A DNA stretch of 64,000 bases from Vicinamibacterales bacterium (GTDB lineage Bacteria > Acidobacteriota > Vicinamibacteria > Vicinamibacterales > UBA2999): NCBI GenBank assembly GCA_035711805.1, contig DASTBV010000155.1, forward strand, positions 68,659 through 132,658, in the 5' to 3' direction. Below, piece after piece: positions 41,336 through 50,953 of the stretch (positions within the stretch are counted from its first letter, which is position 1; each line of letters opens with the position of its first letter). The position numbers were made by a program, and so were the translations under genes. The notes below the pieces were generated by a model, which was given only the letters and a program-made list of their open reading frames with translations, did not search any database and was not told the origin of the DNA.

Positions 41336-41791
41336 ATGCGGATTGTGTCCAGTTCAATAGTTTTGGCGGCGTTTGTTCTCGCCAGTGCCAGCACCGTCGT
41401 CATCGCGCAGGGCGGCAAGCCGGTGACGGTCGAGCAGCACGCCGCCACGATGAAGATCGTTCAACAGAACATGGGGGCGGCGAACAAGGCGCTGAAGGGC
41501 GGCGATGCAGCAGCCGCGGCGCCGGCCGCCGAGGCGCTTGTCGCGGCGTTCACGACGATCGAAATGTTTTATACCCAGCGGAACAAGCCCGATGCCATCA
41601 AACTGGCGCAGACCGCAAAGACCGGCGCCCAGGACGTTGTCGCGGCGCTCAAGGCCGGCGACACGATGAAGGCGCAGATGTCGCTCGGAAACACCCAGGG
41701 CACCTGCAAGCAGTGCCACGGGATGTATCGCGAAGGCGACGCACAGACCGGCTACAAGTTCAACGCCGCGTCCGGCATCACCCCTCCGTAA
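41336..41791 (+). CDS. Class II cytochrome c (cytochrome c'/c556-like)
   Basis: Signal peptide, helical body and a C-terminal CKQCH haem motif. AAAGGAG RBS. Confidence 0.75.
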   Translation: MRIVSSSIVLAAFVLASASTVVIAQGGKPVTVEQHAATMKIVQQNMGAANKALKGGDAAAAAPAAEALVAAFTTIEMFYTQRNKPDAIKLAQTAKTGAQDVVAALKAGDTMKAQMSLGNTQGTCKQCHGMYREGDAQTGYKFNAASGITPP

Positions 41792-41810
41792 GCGTTCACC
41801 CGGGTCACCG

Positions 41811-43262
41811 GTGGCGGATGTACGTCCGCTACCGGTGCTCCATTCTTGCCGTCCGGACGAGTGGGCCGTGCCGGAGTTTCACGCCGAACCGTATCTCCAC
41901 CTTGCCAGCCTCTCCGACACCTCCGCGCTGATCGCCTGGGGCGCGTTCTATTTCAAGACGCGTTCGAACGGCGAGTGGAAGCTCGTCGACGATCACGATC
42001 TCCGCTACGTTCATCCGCCACGGCGCGACAGCATCGGCGCGCGCTCGGCGCCGTACGGCCCGGCCCAGGTCAATGTCTACGCGCTCGACGGAACGCTTGC
42101 CGCAACCGCGAGCACCGACACCACGAACTTCTGCTGGATCACCGGTCTTCAACCTGACACCCGTTACCGATACGAAGTCATCGTCAAAGGCGAGCGCTGG
42201 GGACACGAGGAACGGTGGGACTGGTCGCACACCGACGTCGAAGGCCTGGTGCAGCGCGGCGGACGTTACGTCAACGAATTCCGCACCTTTCCCGATTCGA
42301 AACAGCCGCTCGACGCGCCAGTGACGTTCATCGTGCTCGGCGACTACGGCACCGGCATCCGGCGATCGACGCCGAAGCGGCGTCAGCGCGAAATCGCGCT
42401 TGCCATGCAGGCCGTGTTCGACCGGCACGACGTTCGCTTCATCATCACCGCGGGCGACAACATCTACGCCGGGACGCGCATCCTCGGGCTGCCGCTCGGG
42501 ACGAGCACGGGCGACGAGGACGACGACTGGTTCTTCACGTTCTTCCAGCCCTACCGCTACCTCGTGAACCGGGTTCCCGTCTATCCCTGCATCGGCAACC
42601 ACGATACGGCGGAAACAGAAGATCGCGATGACCGCGAGCAGGTGCTCGACAACCTCTACCTGCGCGAGCGGTTCGCGGCTGATGCACAGTCGGGCCGGGC
42701 CTCGCTCGATCCGGGACTCTTCTACCGGTTCCACTATGGGCGCGACCTCGAGTTCCTGTGCCTGGACACGTCCAAGGAGCACTTCTTCCGCGGCAAGCGT
42801 CTCTTCGAATATCCGAAACATCGCGAGTGGCTCGAACGGGCGATGGCATCCGACGAAAGAACGCGTTGGCGCATCGCGTTCTGCCATCACCCGCCTTATT
42901 GCGCCGGGCCGAAACACGGAAATACCGACCGCATGGATCAGTTGATTCCCCTGTTTGCCAGCGGCGGTGTGCGGGCGGTCTTCAGCGGGCACGAGCACAA
43001 TTTCCAGCACTCCTCTCACGGCGGCATCGACTACTTCGTGACGGGCGCCGGAAGCAAAGTCCGCAAAGGCTCACCAGACAAGTTCGAGGAAGCGCATACG
43101 CGAAGCTGGTCGGACCATGCGCATTTCCTTCTCGTCACCGTCGACTACTCCATGCTGCGTGTCGATCCGATCGGCGAGCTCATCGACGGCAACATCCAGC
43201 CGCTGCCACGATTCGATCGCCATGGCTTGCCGGTCACGGATGGAATCGTCGTCGAACGATGA
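41811..43262 (+). CDS. Metallophosphoesterase (purple-acid-phosphatase-like)
   Basis: GDYGTG, GDNIY, GNHD and GHEHNFQH motifs. Confidence 0.8.
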   Translation: MADVRPLPVLHSCRPDEWAVPEFHAEPYLHLASLSDTSALIAWGAFYFKTRSNGEWKLVDDHDLRYVHPPRRDSIGARSAPYGPAQVNVYALDGTLAATASTDTTNFCWITGLQPDTRYRYEVIVKGERWGHEERWDWSHTDVEGLVQRGGRYVNEFRTFPDSKQPLDAPVTFIVLGDYGTGIRRSTPKRRQREIALAMQAVFDRHDVRFIITAGDNIYAGTRILGLPLGTSTGDEDDDWFFTFFQPYRYLVNRVPVYPCIGNHDTAETEDRDDREQVLDNLYLRERFAADAQSGRASLDPGLFYRFHYGRDLEFLCLDTSKEHFFRGKRLFEYPKHREWLERAMASDERTRWRIAFCHHPPYCAGPKHGNTDRMDQLIPLFASGGVRAVFSGHEHNFQHSSHGGIDYFVTGAGSKVRKGSPDKFEEAHTRSWSDHAHFLLVTVDYSMLRVDPIGELIDGNIQPLPRFDRHGLPVTDGIVVER

Positions 43263-43319
43263 GTGCTATCCGCTTCGGCACCCTCGTTGCAACGTCCCGG
43301 GCGGGGGAGTACGTGCGAT

Positions 43320-43883
43320 ATGGCAGAAGTTCTGGTGTCATTCGACCAACCGGTTCGTGACGAGCTTGGCGAGTACCACGCGCGCGCCATCGGGAGGCCG
43401 GCGGACGATGGCATGTGGGAAGGGTGGATCGAGTTCACGCCGATCGACGGCAGCACCGAAGTGCTCGTTACAGGCACTGAATCGCGCCAGCCGGAACGCG
43501 AACACCTTGTGTATTGGGCGACCGGACTGACGCCGATCTTCCTCGAAGGCGCCCTCGAGCGGGCTCGCCGTCCGGTGACGGTTCGCGTGCGGCCGGTGGA
43601 GATTCCGAACTCGACGGAGCCAAAGCCCCGCGACCCGGTGCTCCCGCGCGTCATGCCGCCGGGACCGGAGCCTGTATTGGATCCGTTCGAGGTGGGTGGA
43701 AAAAACCTCGATATCCTGCGCCAGGAGCTCGGCGCGCTGAACCGCCCACGCCTCCTGAACATCATCGCCGCCTACGATCTGAACCCCGCCGGGGAGGACG
43801 TGTCCTGGATGTCGGATCGGCAGCTCATCCAGTTCATCGTCACCGCCGTCGAGGCACAAATCACGCTTCGCAGCCGCATCTGA
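43320..43883 (+). CDS. Hypothetical protein
   Basis: GGGGGAG RBS before the ATG and coding-like composition. No recognisable domain. Confidence 0.5.
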   Translation: MAEVLVSFDQPVRDELGEYHARAIGRPADDGMWEGWIEFTPIDGSTEVLVTGTESRQPEREHLVYWATGLTPIFLEGALERARRPVTVRVRPVEIPNSTEPKPRDPVLPRVMPPGPEPVLDPFEVGGKNLDILRQELGALNRPRLLNIIAAYDLNPAGEDVSWMSDRQLIQFIVTAVEAQITLRSRI

Positions 43884-43960
43884 AGCGCGGCGGGTATAAT
43901 TCGCGCCTCTGCCATGGGTCCGCCTGAAGCGGACGCTACCGATGGCAGAGGTCCGCCACT

Positions 43961-45340
43961 ATGAGCCCCCAGAATCTCGAACAACTGCTCCGGACCGTCA
44001 AGAGTCCGGTCGACATGCTCCGCAACTCGCAGATCGGCCCGTATGCGTTTCCGGTCGTGCGCCACGAGTTCACCAACTGGCGCGACGAGCAGCGCTCGTG
44101 GCGTCATACGTGCGCGCTGTTCGACCAGTCGCACCACATGACCGACCTGTATGTTGAGGGCCCGGACGCGCTTCAGCTGCTCTCTTCGCTGGCCGTCAAC
44201 AGCTTCAAGGGTTTCAAGGTCAATCAGGCCAAGCAGCTCATCGCCTGCAACGACGATGGATATGTAATTGGCGACGCCATCTTGTTTTATCTCGACGAGA
44301 ACCGTTTCAGCCTCGTCGGCAGGCCGCCGGTGGCCAATTGGGTCGAGTACCACGTGCAGACCGGCCGCCTCAACGTAAAAGCTGAGCGCGACGAGCGTTC
44401 AGCGGTGAATCAGGGGCGGCGCAGGACGTTCCGTTTTCAGGTCCAGGGGCCGAACGCCGCAAAAGTGATGGAGGCGGTAACGGGTCAGCCGACGCCGGAT
44501 ATCCGCTTCTTCCACATGGGCGTCTTCACCATCGCCGGCCGCCAGGTGCGCGCTCTGCGGCATGGGATGGTCGGTCAGCCCGGATGGGAACTGTTCGGGC
44601 CGTGGGATGACGGCGATGCGGTACGCGACGCCATCGTTGCGGCGGGCCAGCCACACGGGATCCGTCAGGTCGGCGCGCGAACCTACCCGACGAGCTGTCT
44701 CGAGTCGGGCTGGATTCCCTCTCCGCTGCCGGCCGTCTACACCGGCGAATCGATGAGGCCGTATCGAGAGTGGCTGAAGCCGAATAGCTATGAGGCCATG
44801 GCGTCGCTCGGCGGAAGCTTCCGTTCCGACAACATCTCCGACTACTACCTGACGCCCTGGGACCTCGGCTACGGCCCGTTCGTCCGGTTCGACCACGACT
44901 TCGTCGGCCGCGCGGCGCTCGAACAGATGGCGGCTCGCCCGTCACGCACGAAGGTGACGCTCGTCTGGAACGGCGCTGACGTCGAGCACGCGCTGGGGAC
45001 GCTTTTCGCCGATGGCAGCAACGCGAAGTTCATCGACCTGCCGCTTTCGAACTACGCCACGCTGCCCTACGATGCGGTGCTGAGCGGCGGCCGCATGGTT
45101 GGCCTCTCCACCTACACGGGCTACAACTTCAACGAGCGCGCGATGCTGTCGCTCGGCATCGTGGACAACGAGCTGAGCGAGCCGGGAACGGAAGTGACCG
45201 TCGTGTGGGGAGAGGAAAACGGCGGGACCACGAAACCGACCGTCGAGCGGCATGCGCAGATAGAGATCCGCGTCACTGTGCAGCCTGTGCCTATTTCTGA
45301 AGTTGCCAGGGTCGCATATCGCCCCAAGGCGTTGGCATGA
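43961..45340 (+). CDS. Tetrahydrofolate-dependent aromatic O-demethylase (LigM/DesA-like aminomethyltransferase family)
   Basis: End-to-end resemblance to LigM as I recall it (MLRNSQIGPYAFPVV, LFDQSHHM, ESGWIPSPLPAVYTG, YGPFVRFDHDF, WGEENGGT). Confidence 0.85.
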   Translation: MSPQNLEQLLRTVKSPVDMLRNSQIGPYAFPVVRHEFTNWRDEQRSWRHTCALFDQSHHMTDLYVEGPDALQLLSSLAVNSFKGFKVNQAKQLIACNDDGYVIGDAILFYLDENRFSLVGRPPVANWVEYHVQTGRLNVKAERDERSAVNQGRRRTFRFQVQGPNAAKVMEAVTGQPTPDIRFFHMGVFTIAGRQVRALRHGMVGQPGWELFGPWDDGDAVRDAIVAAGQPHGIRQVGARTYPTSCLESGWIPSPLPAVYTGESMRPYREWLKPNSYEAMASLGGSFRSDNISDYYLTPWDLGYGPFVRFDHDFVGRAALEQMAARPSRTKVTLVWNGADVEHALGTLFADGSNAKFIDLPLSNYATLPYDAVLSGGRMVGLSTYTGYNFNERAMLSLGIVDNELSEPGTEVTVVWGEENGGTTKPTVERHAQIEIRVTVQPVPISEVARVAYRPKALA

Positions 45341-46164
45341 TCACCGTCATCAACATCCCGTCGCGAACCAGCACCTCTATCCCGGCAGGGCGTGTGAGAA
45401 CCGTCCTCGCTCCCAGCGAACACGCCACGCGCGCCGAGGTCGCCGTCATCGACATCGAGCCCGGCAGAACGTACCAGCTCGGCCGAAGCGACAAGACGCG
45501 CGTCGCGTACGTGCTCGAAGGAGAGGCGTCGCTGACGCACGCGAGCGTCGGCGCGACAGCCACACACCACGCGCCGCGGCGGACCGGAATCTACCTGGAG
45601 CCGGGTGAGGAAGCGACCATCACCGCTTCCGGATCAGCCGTCAATCTGCTGCTCGTGACTGTACCCAAGCACGCGGGCAAAGCCGGCGGCGACCAATCGC
45701 CTGCTGGTTATTTCTTCGAGGAAGCACGCCTGAGAACGCTGATCGACGAGAAGGGCTTCCGCAGGCGCACGTTCTGGGTCAATAAGGAAACCGGACTCTC
45801 GGGCGCGTGGGACCTGCAGCTCGGCCGGATGAACTACGCGGCGCACGCCCATTCGCCGCGGCACGTTCACCACGCGTCGAAGACCAGCCCGGTCGTGCCG
45901 GAGCATTTCTACCTGATTGAGAAGGGCACGGGCGAAGTGAAGCACGACACCGGGAGCCTCCCCGTCGGACCCGGAAGCCTCGTGCTGATCCCAGCCGGCG
46001 AATGGCATCAGCTGATCGCCTCCGACACGGGATTCGACTACATCGAATTCCAGGCGCCCTTCGACTTCGTCACGACGATGGACCACGACCCGCTCGGAAA
46101 AAACTGGTACATCAGCGGGACTGACGACGGCACGGGGAAGCCTAAGCTGTGGGTGCAAAGCTGA
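45337..46164 (+). CDS. Bicupin protein (possible ring-cleaving dioxygenase-like)
   Basis: Two cupin modules, the second with the HAHSPRHVHH...E...PAGEWHQ metal motif. ATGA overlap with the O-demethylase gene. Confidence 0.7.
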   Translation: MITVINIPSRTSTSIPAGRVRTVLAPSEHATRAEVAVIDIEPGRTYQLGRSDKTRVAYVLEGEASLTHASVGATATHHAPRRTGIYLEPGEEATITASGSAVNLLLVTVPKHAGKAGGDQSPAGYFFEEARLRTLIDEKGFRRRTFWVNKETGLSGAWDLQLGRMNYAAHAHSPRHVHHASKTSPVVPEHFYLIEKGTGEVKHDTGSLPVGPGSLVLIPAGEWHQLIASDTGFDYIEFQAPFDFVTTMDHDPLGKNWYISGTDDGTGKPKLWVQS

Positions 46165-46190
46165 ACTCGAACACCACCTTCTGCACCCAT

Positions 46191-46253
46191 TGAACCGTCT
46201 GAACCTCCTGAACCGTCTGAACCTCCTGAACCTCCTGAACCTCCTGAACCACT
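46191..46253. repeat. Seven tandem 9-bp repeats TGAACC(G/T)(T/C)C between convergent genes
   Basis: TGAACCGTC TGAACCTCC TGAACCGTC TGAACCTCC TGAACCTCC TGAACCTCC TGAACCACT. Confidence 0.85.
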
Positions 46254-48809
46254 CTACCTAGCCGCGCGGAATAGTTCGTCGGCGGAGCTCAGAATCGTCC
46301 ACCGCAGCCGTTCCGGATACCGCGGACTCTCCGCAAGAAACGCCCGCACCGTAGCCGCCGCCTCGGGCGAGCGGTGGCCAGTCAACGTTGCGTCCATCCA
46401 TCGCCCCGGGAAAAAGATGTCACCGGTGCGCCTGATCTCCGACAGCAGTTCGAGTGCGGGCCGGACGAAACGCTGCGCGTGCGACGCGCGCAGCGGGTGA
46501 TTGAGATAAGCCACAGAGTCGAGCACCCACGGCTCGCGCCGTCTGTTGTCCACGCTGCTGAAGCGCGCGAAGGCCTGCTCCCGCACCGCCGGATCGGCAG
46601 ACAGAGCCGGCATCACGAACGCGAATCGCGCCTTGCGGTCGGGATTCTGCGTGCGGGCCAGCTGCGTGTCCAGAATCTCCTTCCAGTCAGGCACTTGGCG
46701 GACGGCAAGCTCCATCGCCATCGTGATCTCATCCGGCTCGGCAAACATCAGGCCCGGAATCCGCTCGTCGCGCCGCCACACGCGCTCCAGCCAGGCAACA
46801 CCGTCGCGCGAGAGAACGGTGTCCCGATACGCGTTGAACCAGGCCGCCTTCTGGCTTTGCGTCGCGGCGCGCTGCAGGCCCTGACGCAAGGCCGCTTCGA
46901 GCACGGGCGAGCGCGCCGCCCGTTCCGCCTCCGGCAGATACTTCCAGAACGTCCGGACGACATACGTCAGCACGCGCTGAGCGTTCTGCTCGTCGGATTC
47001 GCGCGGAAGCGCCCGGAGCGCGGCATCGACGAAGACACCGGGGCGAACTCGTCCCTCCAGCAGGTTGTCCCACAACGTCACCCATGCGCTCCCACGCGTC
47101 AGCGCGTCCGGAATCTCCTCGATGTGTTCGAGCAGATACACGCGGCTGGCATCGTCGAGAACAAACAGTCCGTAGCCGATCCCGCCTCCGTTCGGCAGCA
47201 CGTAGCGTGGACGTTCGAGGCCGGCGGCAGCGCGAACCACGGTCACGCGTCCGCTGATCGTGACCGGCAGCAGGCGCACCTCATCCCGATAGCCGAGCGC
47301 GACGCGTATCCGCTGCGGCCACAGCAGCCCGCGGTTCAGCGGATCCGTCATCGTCAGGGTCAACGATGAAACCCGTCCCCGCCCGTCCGTGTCGACCGCG
47401 GTCGTGAACTCGGGCCGGCCCCGCTCCTCGACCCACGCTCGACTCCACGCAGCCACGTTCTCGGGCGTACGCGCATCGAGGATGCGCACCAGATCCAGCC
47501 ACGTTGCGTTTCCGAAGGCGTAGCGCTCGAGATATTCGCGCAGTCCCTCCCGGAACGGCTGCTCGCCGAGCGTCTCTTCGAGCTGACGCATCACAATCGG
47601 CGCCTTCTGATAAATGATCGCGCCGTACAGCTGGCCCGCCTCGTTCAGGTTTGCCAGCTGCTGGCGAATCGGGTTCGTGCCGGCCGTGCGATCGACCTGG
47701 TATGCCACCGGGTAGTGCGCGAGCAGGAAACGAAGGTCGTGGTTCACCTGCGGGAACGACGGATTCACGATCTTCGCCGCCATGAAATTGGCGAACACCT
47801 CCTTCATCCAGACGTCGTTGAACCATTTCATCGTCACGAGATCGCCGAACCACATATGGGCCGTCTCGTGCGCAATCGTGCTGGCTCGATCGAGCAGCTG
47901 ATTCTGCGTTGCCGACTCGTCGAGCAGCTGGCGCTCCTGGTTATAGAGAATCGCCCCGGGGTGCTCCATTCCACTGAACTGGAACGAGGGGATCATGACG
48001 ACGTCGAACTTTCCGAACGGGTAGGGGATGCCTGTGTACTCCTCCAGCCACGCCAGCGCGCGGCCATGCAGGTCGAAGATCACGTCGCGGTTCCGGGCAA
48101 CCTTCGCCGCGTCCGTCTCGCGGTGAAACATTCGCATCGGGCGGCCATCGCGAGTGGCCGCCTCGACGAAGAACCGGCCGGCGACGAATGCGAAGAGGTA
48201 CGTCGGCAACGGCTCGGTCTCGGCGAACCGTACGCGCCTGCGGCCCGCCGGTGGGGCACCTTGCCCGCCGTCGCCGACTTCGCGGCCATTGGCAACGGCC
48301 TGCCATGATTCAGGCACTTCGAGGGACAGCGTGTAGCGCGCTTTCAGGTCGGGCTGATCGAAGCACGGGAACGCCAGCTGGGCGCGCGACGGGACGAACA
48401 GCGTGTACAGGAACTCGTCGTCACGGTTGAGCGCCTCGTCGCCGCTGATGAATTCGATGGTGATCTCGTTGGCGCCGGCTCTGGTCTGCTCCGCCGCGAC
48501 CACGAGATGTCCATCGGCAATTCGCGGGCGTGCCTCCCTGCCGTTGACGGTGACTCGGGCAACCCGATCGGGCGGCTGCGCGAAGTCGAACACCACCCGA
48601 TGCGGTGCCTCGAGGGTGAGACGTACGGCGACCCGTCCCCGGACCGGCTCCTTCCGGTCCGACGGGACGATGACACGCAGGTCGTAGCGGACGTCCTGAA
48701 ACGCGGCACGGCGTTCCGACGCGAGCGCTTCCGACACACCAGGACCGATCGGAGCCGTCGTCGCCGCCTGCATCGTCGTCAGCAGCGTTCCAAGAAACAG
48801 AGTAATCAT
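46254..48809 (-). CDS. M1-family aminopeptidase
   Basis: GAMEHPG-like (GMEHPG) and HETAHMWFGDLV...E zinc motifs. Signal-like N-terminus. Confidence 0.9.
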   Translation of the reverse strand: MITLFLGTLLTTMQAATTAPIGPGVSEALASERRAAFQDVRYDLRVIVPSDRKEPVRGRVAVRLTLEAPHRVVFDFAQPPDRVARVTVNGREARPRIADGHLVVAAEQTRAGANEITIEFISGDEALNRDDEFLYTLFVPSRAQLAFPCFDQPDLKARYTLSLEVPESWQAVANGREVGDGGQGAPPAGRRRVRFAETEPLPTYLFAFVAGRFFVEAATRDGRPMRMFHRETDAAKVARNRDVIFDLHGRALAWLEEYTGIPYPFGKFDVVMIPSFQFSGMEHPGAILYNQERQLLDESATQNQLLDRASTIAHETAHMWFGDLVTMKWFNDVWMKEVFANFMAAKIVNPSFPQVNHDLRFLLAHYPVAYQVDRTAGTNPIRQQLANLNEAGQLYGAIIYQKAPIVMRQLEETLGEQPFREGLREYLERYAFGNATWLDLVRILDARTPENVAAWSRAWVEERGRPEFTTAVDTDGRGRVSSLTLTMTDPLNRGLLWPQRIRVALGYRDEVRLLPVTISGRVTVVRAAAGLERPRYVLPNGGGIGYGLFVLDDASRVYLLEHIEEIPDALTRGSAWVTLWDNLLEGRVRPGVFVDAALRALPRESDEQNAQRVLTYVVRTFWKYLPEAERAARSPVLEAALRQGLQRAATQSQKAAWFNAYRDTVLSRDGVAWLERVWRRDERIPGLMFAEPDEITMAMELAVRQVPDWKEILDTQLARTQNPDRKARFAFVMPALSADPAVREQAFARFSSVDNRRREPWVLDSVAYLNHPLRASHAQRFVRPALELLSEIRRTGDIFFPGRWMDATLTGHRSPEAAATVRAFLAESPRYPERLRWTILSSADELFRAAR

Positions 48810-49870
48810 TACGCCGGGAAGAACACGCGCTCGACGAACCAGTAGGTTCCTGCCGCGATCACGACGATCGAGCCGGCAAATACCACACGCTGCCGCAGCG
48901 TTGCGCTCTGGCGCCGGATCGCCTCGAGCAGTGCCGCCACGAGCAGGACGATCGCCAGCTGACCGATCTCGACTCCGACGTTGAACGAAAATAGCGACCA
49001 GCCCAGCGCCTCGCGCGGCAGACCGAATTCGCGCAGCACGTTGGCAAACCCGAATCCATGCACCAGGCCGAACACGAGCGCCACCCAGCCGCGCAGATCC
49101 CGCCCATCGCCGCGCACGAGGTTGTCCGCGCCGACGAACACGATGCTCAGCGCAATCGCCGGCTCGATCACGCTCGCCGGTGGAGTGACGACGTTCAACG
49201 CCGCCAGCGTCAGCGTCACGCTATGGCCGATCGTGAACGCGGTCACGATCTTCACCAGCGCCATCGCCGATCCGCCGAGGAGCAACAGCCCGACAAGAAA
49301 GAGAATGTGGTCGGGGCCGATCATGATGTGATGAATTCCTGACTTGACGAACGTTTTCATCACTTCGATTGCGCCCTGCGTCGTACCCAGATAGTAGGTG
49401 CGCGGTTCGGCGCTGGCGTTGAAGATGAATTGCTGCCGCAGTTCGCGGTCCTCGTAGACGTTGATGAACGTCTGGTGATTGGGATCGTACGGGAAGAGAT
49501 TCGTGTCGATGGCCAGGGCGCCGGGCGCGGCGCCGGGAATCCGATAGGTCAGCTTGAGTGCCTGATCGTCCCTGAGCAGTTCGATGCCGGTCCATGTTGG
49601 GGAAAGCCGACCGTCAGCCTGCAGGAGAATCCGCGGCCGGAGCAGCTCGCCGATTCGCTGCTCGTTCGTCCTGACAACGTCGGCGTCCATCAGGTCGGCA
49701 GGGGGTCTGCCGAGCTCGTGCGCGACGTCGATGACGTGGACGACCAGCGTTCCGTCGATGCTTCCGTCCCTGAAGACGATATCGAGATAACTGAACGGAG
49801 CAGGGTGCGCCGATACACGCGGAGCCAACAGGAAAAGGACGGCTGCTGTCGCCAGGAACCTGAGGGACAT
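48809..49870 (-). CDS. HupE/UreJ-family membrane protein with an N-terminal periplasmic domain
   Basis: Signal peptide, then a soluble domain, then HupE-like TM helices (GIHHIMIGPDHILFL). It overlaps the M1 peptidase gene by 1 nt. Confidence 0.75.
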   Translation of the reverse strand: MSLRFLATAAVLFLLAPRVSAHPAPFSYLDIVFRDGSIDGTLVVHVIDVAHELGRPPADLMDADVVRTNEQRIGELLRPRILLQADGRLSPTWTGIELLRDDQALKLTYRIPGAAPGALAIDTNLFPYDPNHQTFINVYEDRELRQQFIFNASAEPRTYYLGTTQGAIEVMKTFVKSGIHHIMIGPDHILFLVGLLLLGGSAMALVKIVTAFTIGHSVTLTLAALNVVTPPASVIEPAIALSIVFVGADNLVRGDGRDLRGWVALVFGLVHGFGFANVLREFGLPREALGWSLFSFNVGVEIGQLAIVLLVAALLEAIRRQSATLRQRVVFAGSIVVIAAGTYWFVERVFFPA

Positions 49871-49893
49871 GAACTACCGGATTTTATTCCGGT

Positions 49894-50904
49894 TCAACTC
49901 CAACCCTCCCTGAACGGATCGTCGTCGTCGAGCAGAAAGGTGTGCTCGCCCGTCAGCCACGCCGTGCCTTCGACTTCAGCGATCAGCGCGGGCGACTCAC
50001 CGGCCAGCGTGCGGCGGACCGCGCGGCCACGGAAGAGGGCCCCTGTGGCGCTTTCGTGCACGAAGTGCCGATCGTCGGCGAGCAGACCCATCGCATCGAG
50101 AACCGCCATCACCGCAGCCGTTGCCGTTCCTCCCGGCGAGCGATCGACCACAGCTCCGGTCACAACAACGCTGCGGAGATGCGCTTCCGGATCCGTGGGA
50201 GGGCCGGTGAAGATGACGCCGGAAATACCCGACGTTTCCGCGTCGGCGGAATGAACGAAGTCGGCCGCCGCGTTGAGGGCCGTCTGCAGCTGTACGCCGA
50301 GCAACCGCAGGTCATTCAGGCGTTCCGGACGAAGTGGAATGCCAACCGCCTCGGTGTCGACGATGGCGTAGAACAGTCCGCCGAAGGCGACGTCGACGCG
50401 CATCTCCCGCGTGCCGAGGCGCACTGTGTGCGCCGCCGTATGCACGAACGACGGCACGTTCGTGAAGACCACGGAGTGAATGCGCCGGTCCGACCCCTGC
50501 GTCTCGGAATGGACGACGGTGCGGACGACGCCCGCCGGTGTATCGAACGCAAGGCGGACGTCGTGATCGCTCGAGATGCCGGTGAAGACGAGGCCCCGGG
50601 CAACGGCGATGGTGGCGGCAGCAATGATTCCGTGTCCGCTGATTTCCGGATAGCCGCGACCGTCCATGAAGAGGATGCCCGCGTGCGCGTCGGGAGAGAC
50701 CGCTTCGGTCAGGACGCCGGCGACCATGTCGGCGTGTCCGCGCGGTTCCAGCACCACAGCGCGCCGCACACCGTCGGCGCGTTTTCGCAGCCAGGCACGC
50801 TTATCGCGCATCGTGCGCCCCGAAGGGTGCGGCAGTCCCTCGACAACCAGGCGGAGTGTCTGGCCGCCAACGTGTGCGTCCACGGTCCTGACGCGGTTCG
50901 TCAC
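49894..50904 (-). CDS. Proline racemase / hydroxyproline epimerase family protein (non-canonical catalytic pair)
   Basis: Family-wide similarity (VDAHVGGQ, DRSPGGTATAA). The positions of the two catalytic Cys read Ser (EISGHG) and Gly (SPGGT). GTG start. Confidence 0.85.
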   Translation of the reverse strand: MTNRVRTVDAHVGGQTLRLVVEGLPHPSGRTMRDKRAWLRKRADGVRRAVVLEPRGHADMVAGVLTEAVSPDAHAGILFMDGRGYPEISGHGIIAAATIAVARGLVFTGISSDHDVRLAFDTPAGVVRTVVHSETQGSDRRIHSVVFTNVPSFVHTAAHTVRLGTREMRVDVAFGGLFYAIVDTEAVGIPLRPERLNDLRLLGVQLQTALNAAADFVHSADAETSGISGVIFTGPPTDPEAHLRSVVVTGAVVDRSPGGTATAAVMAVLDAMGLLADDRHFVHESATGALFRGRAVRRTLAGESPALIAEVEGTAWLTGEHTFLLDDDDPFREGWS

Positions 50905-50924
50905 GCGCGGAACGCTAGCATGAC

Positions 50925-50953
50925 GGTTGGTGGTTGGTGGTTGGTGGTGGTTG
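50925..50953. repeat. GGTTGGT tandem repeat upstream of the proline-racemase-like gene
   Basis: GGTTGGTGGTTGGTGGTTGGTGGTGGTTG, about 20 nt upstream of the GTG start of the minus-strand gene. Confidence 0.6.

Noticed and set aside
43899-43948. Hairpin upstream of the THF-dependent O-demethylase, considered as a THF riboswitch.
   Set aside because: At about 45 nt it is too short. It shows none of the THF-riboswitch sequence features I can recall. It is treated only as a leader hairpin.
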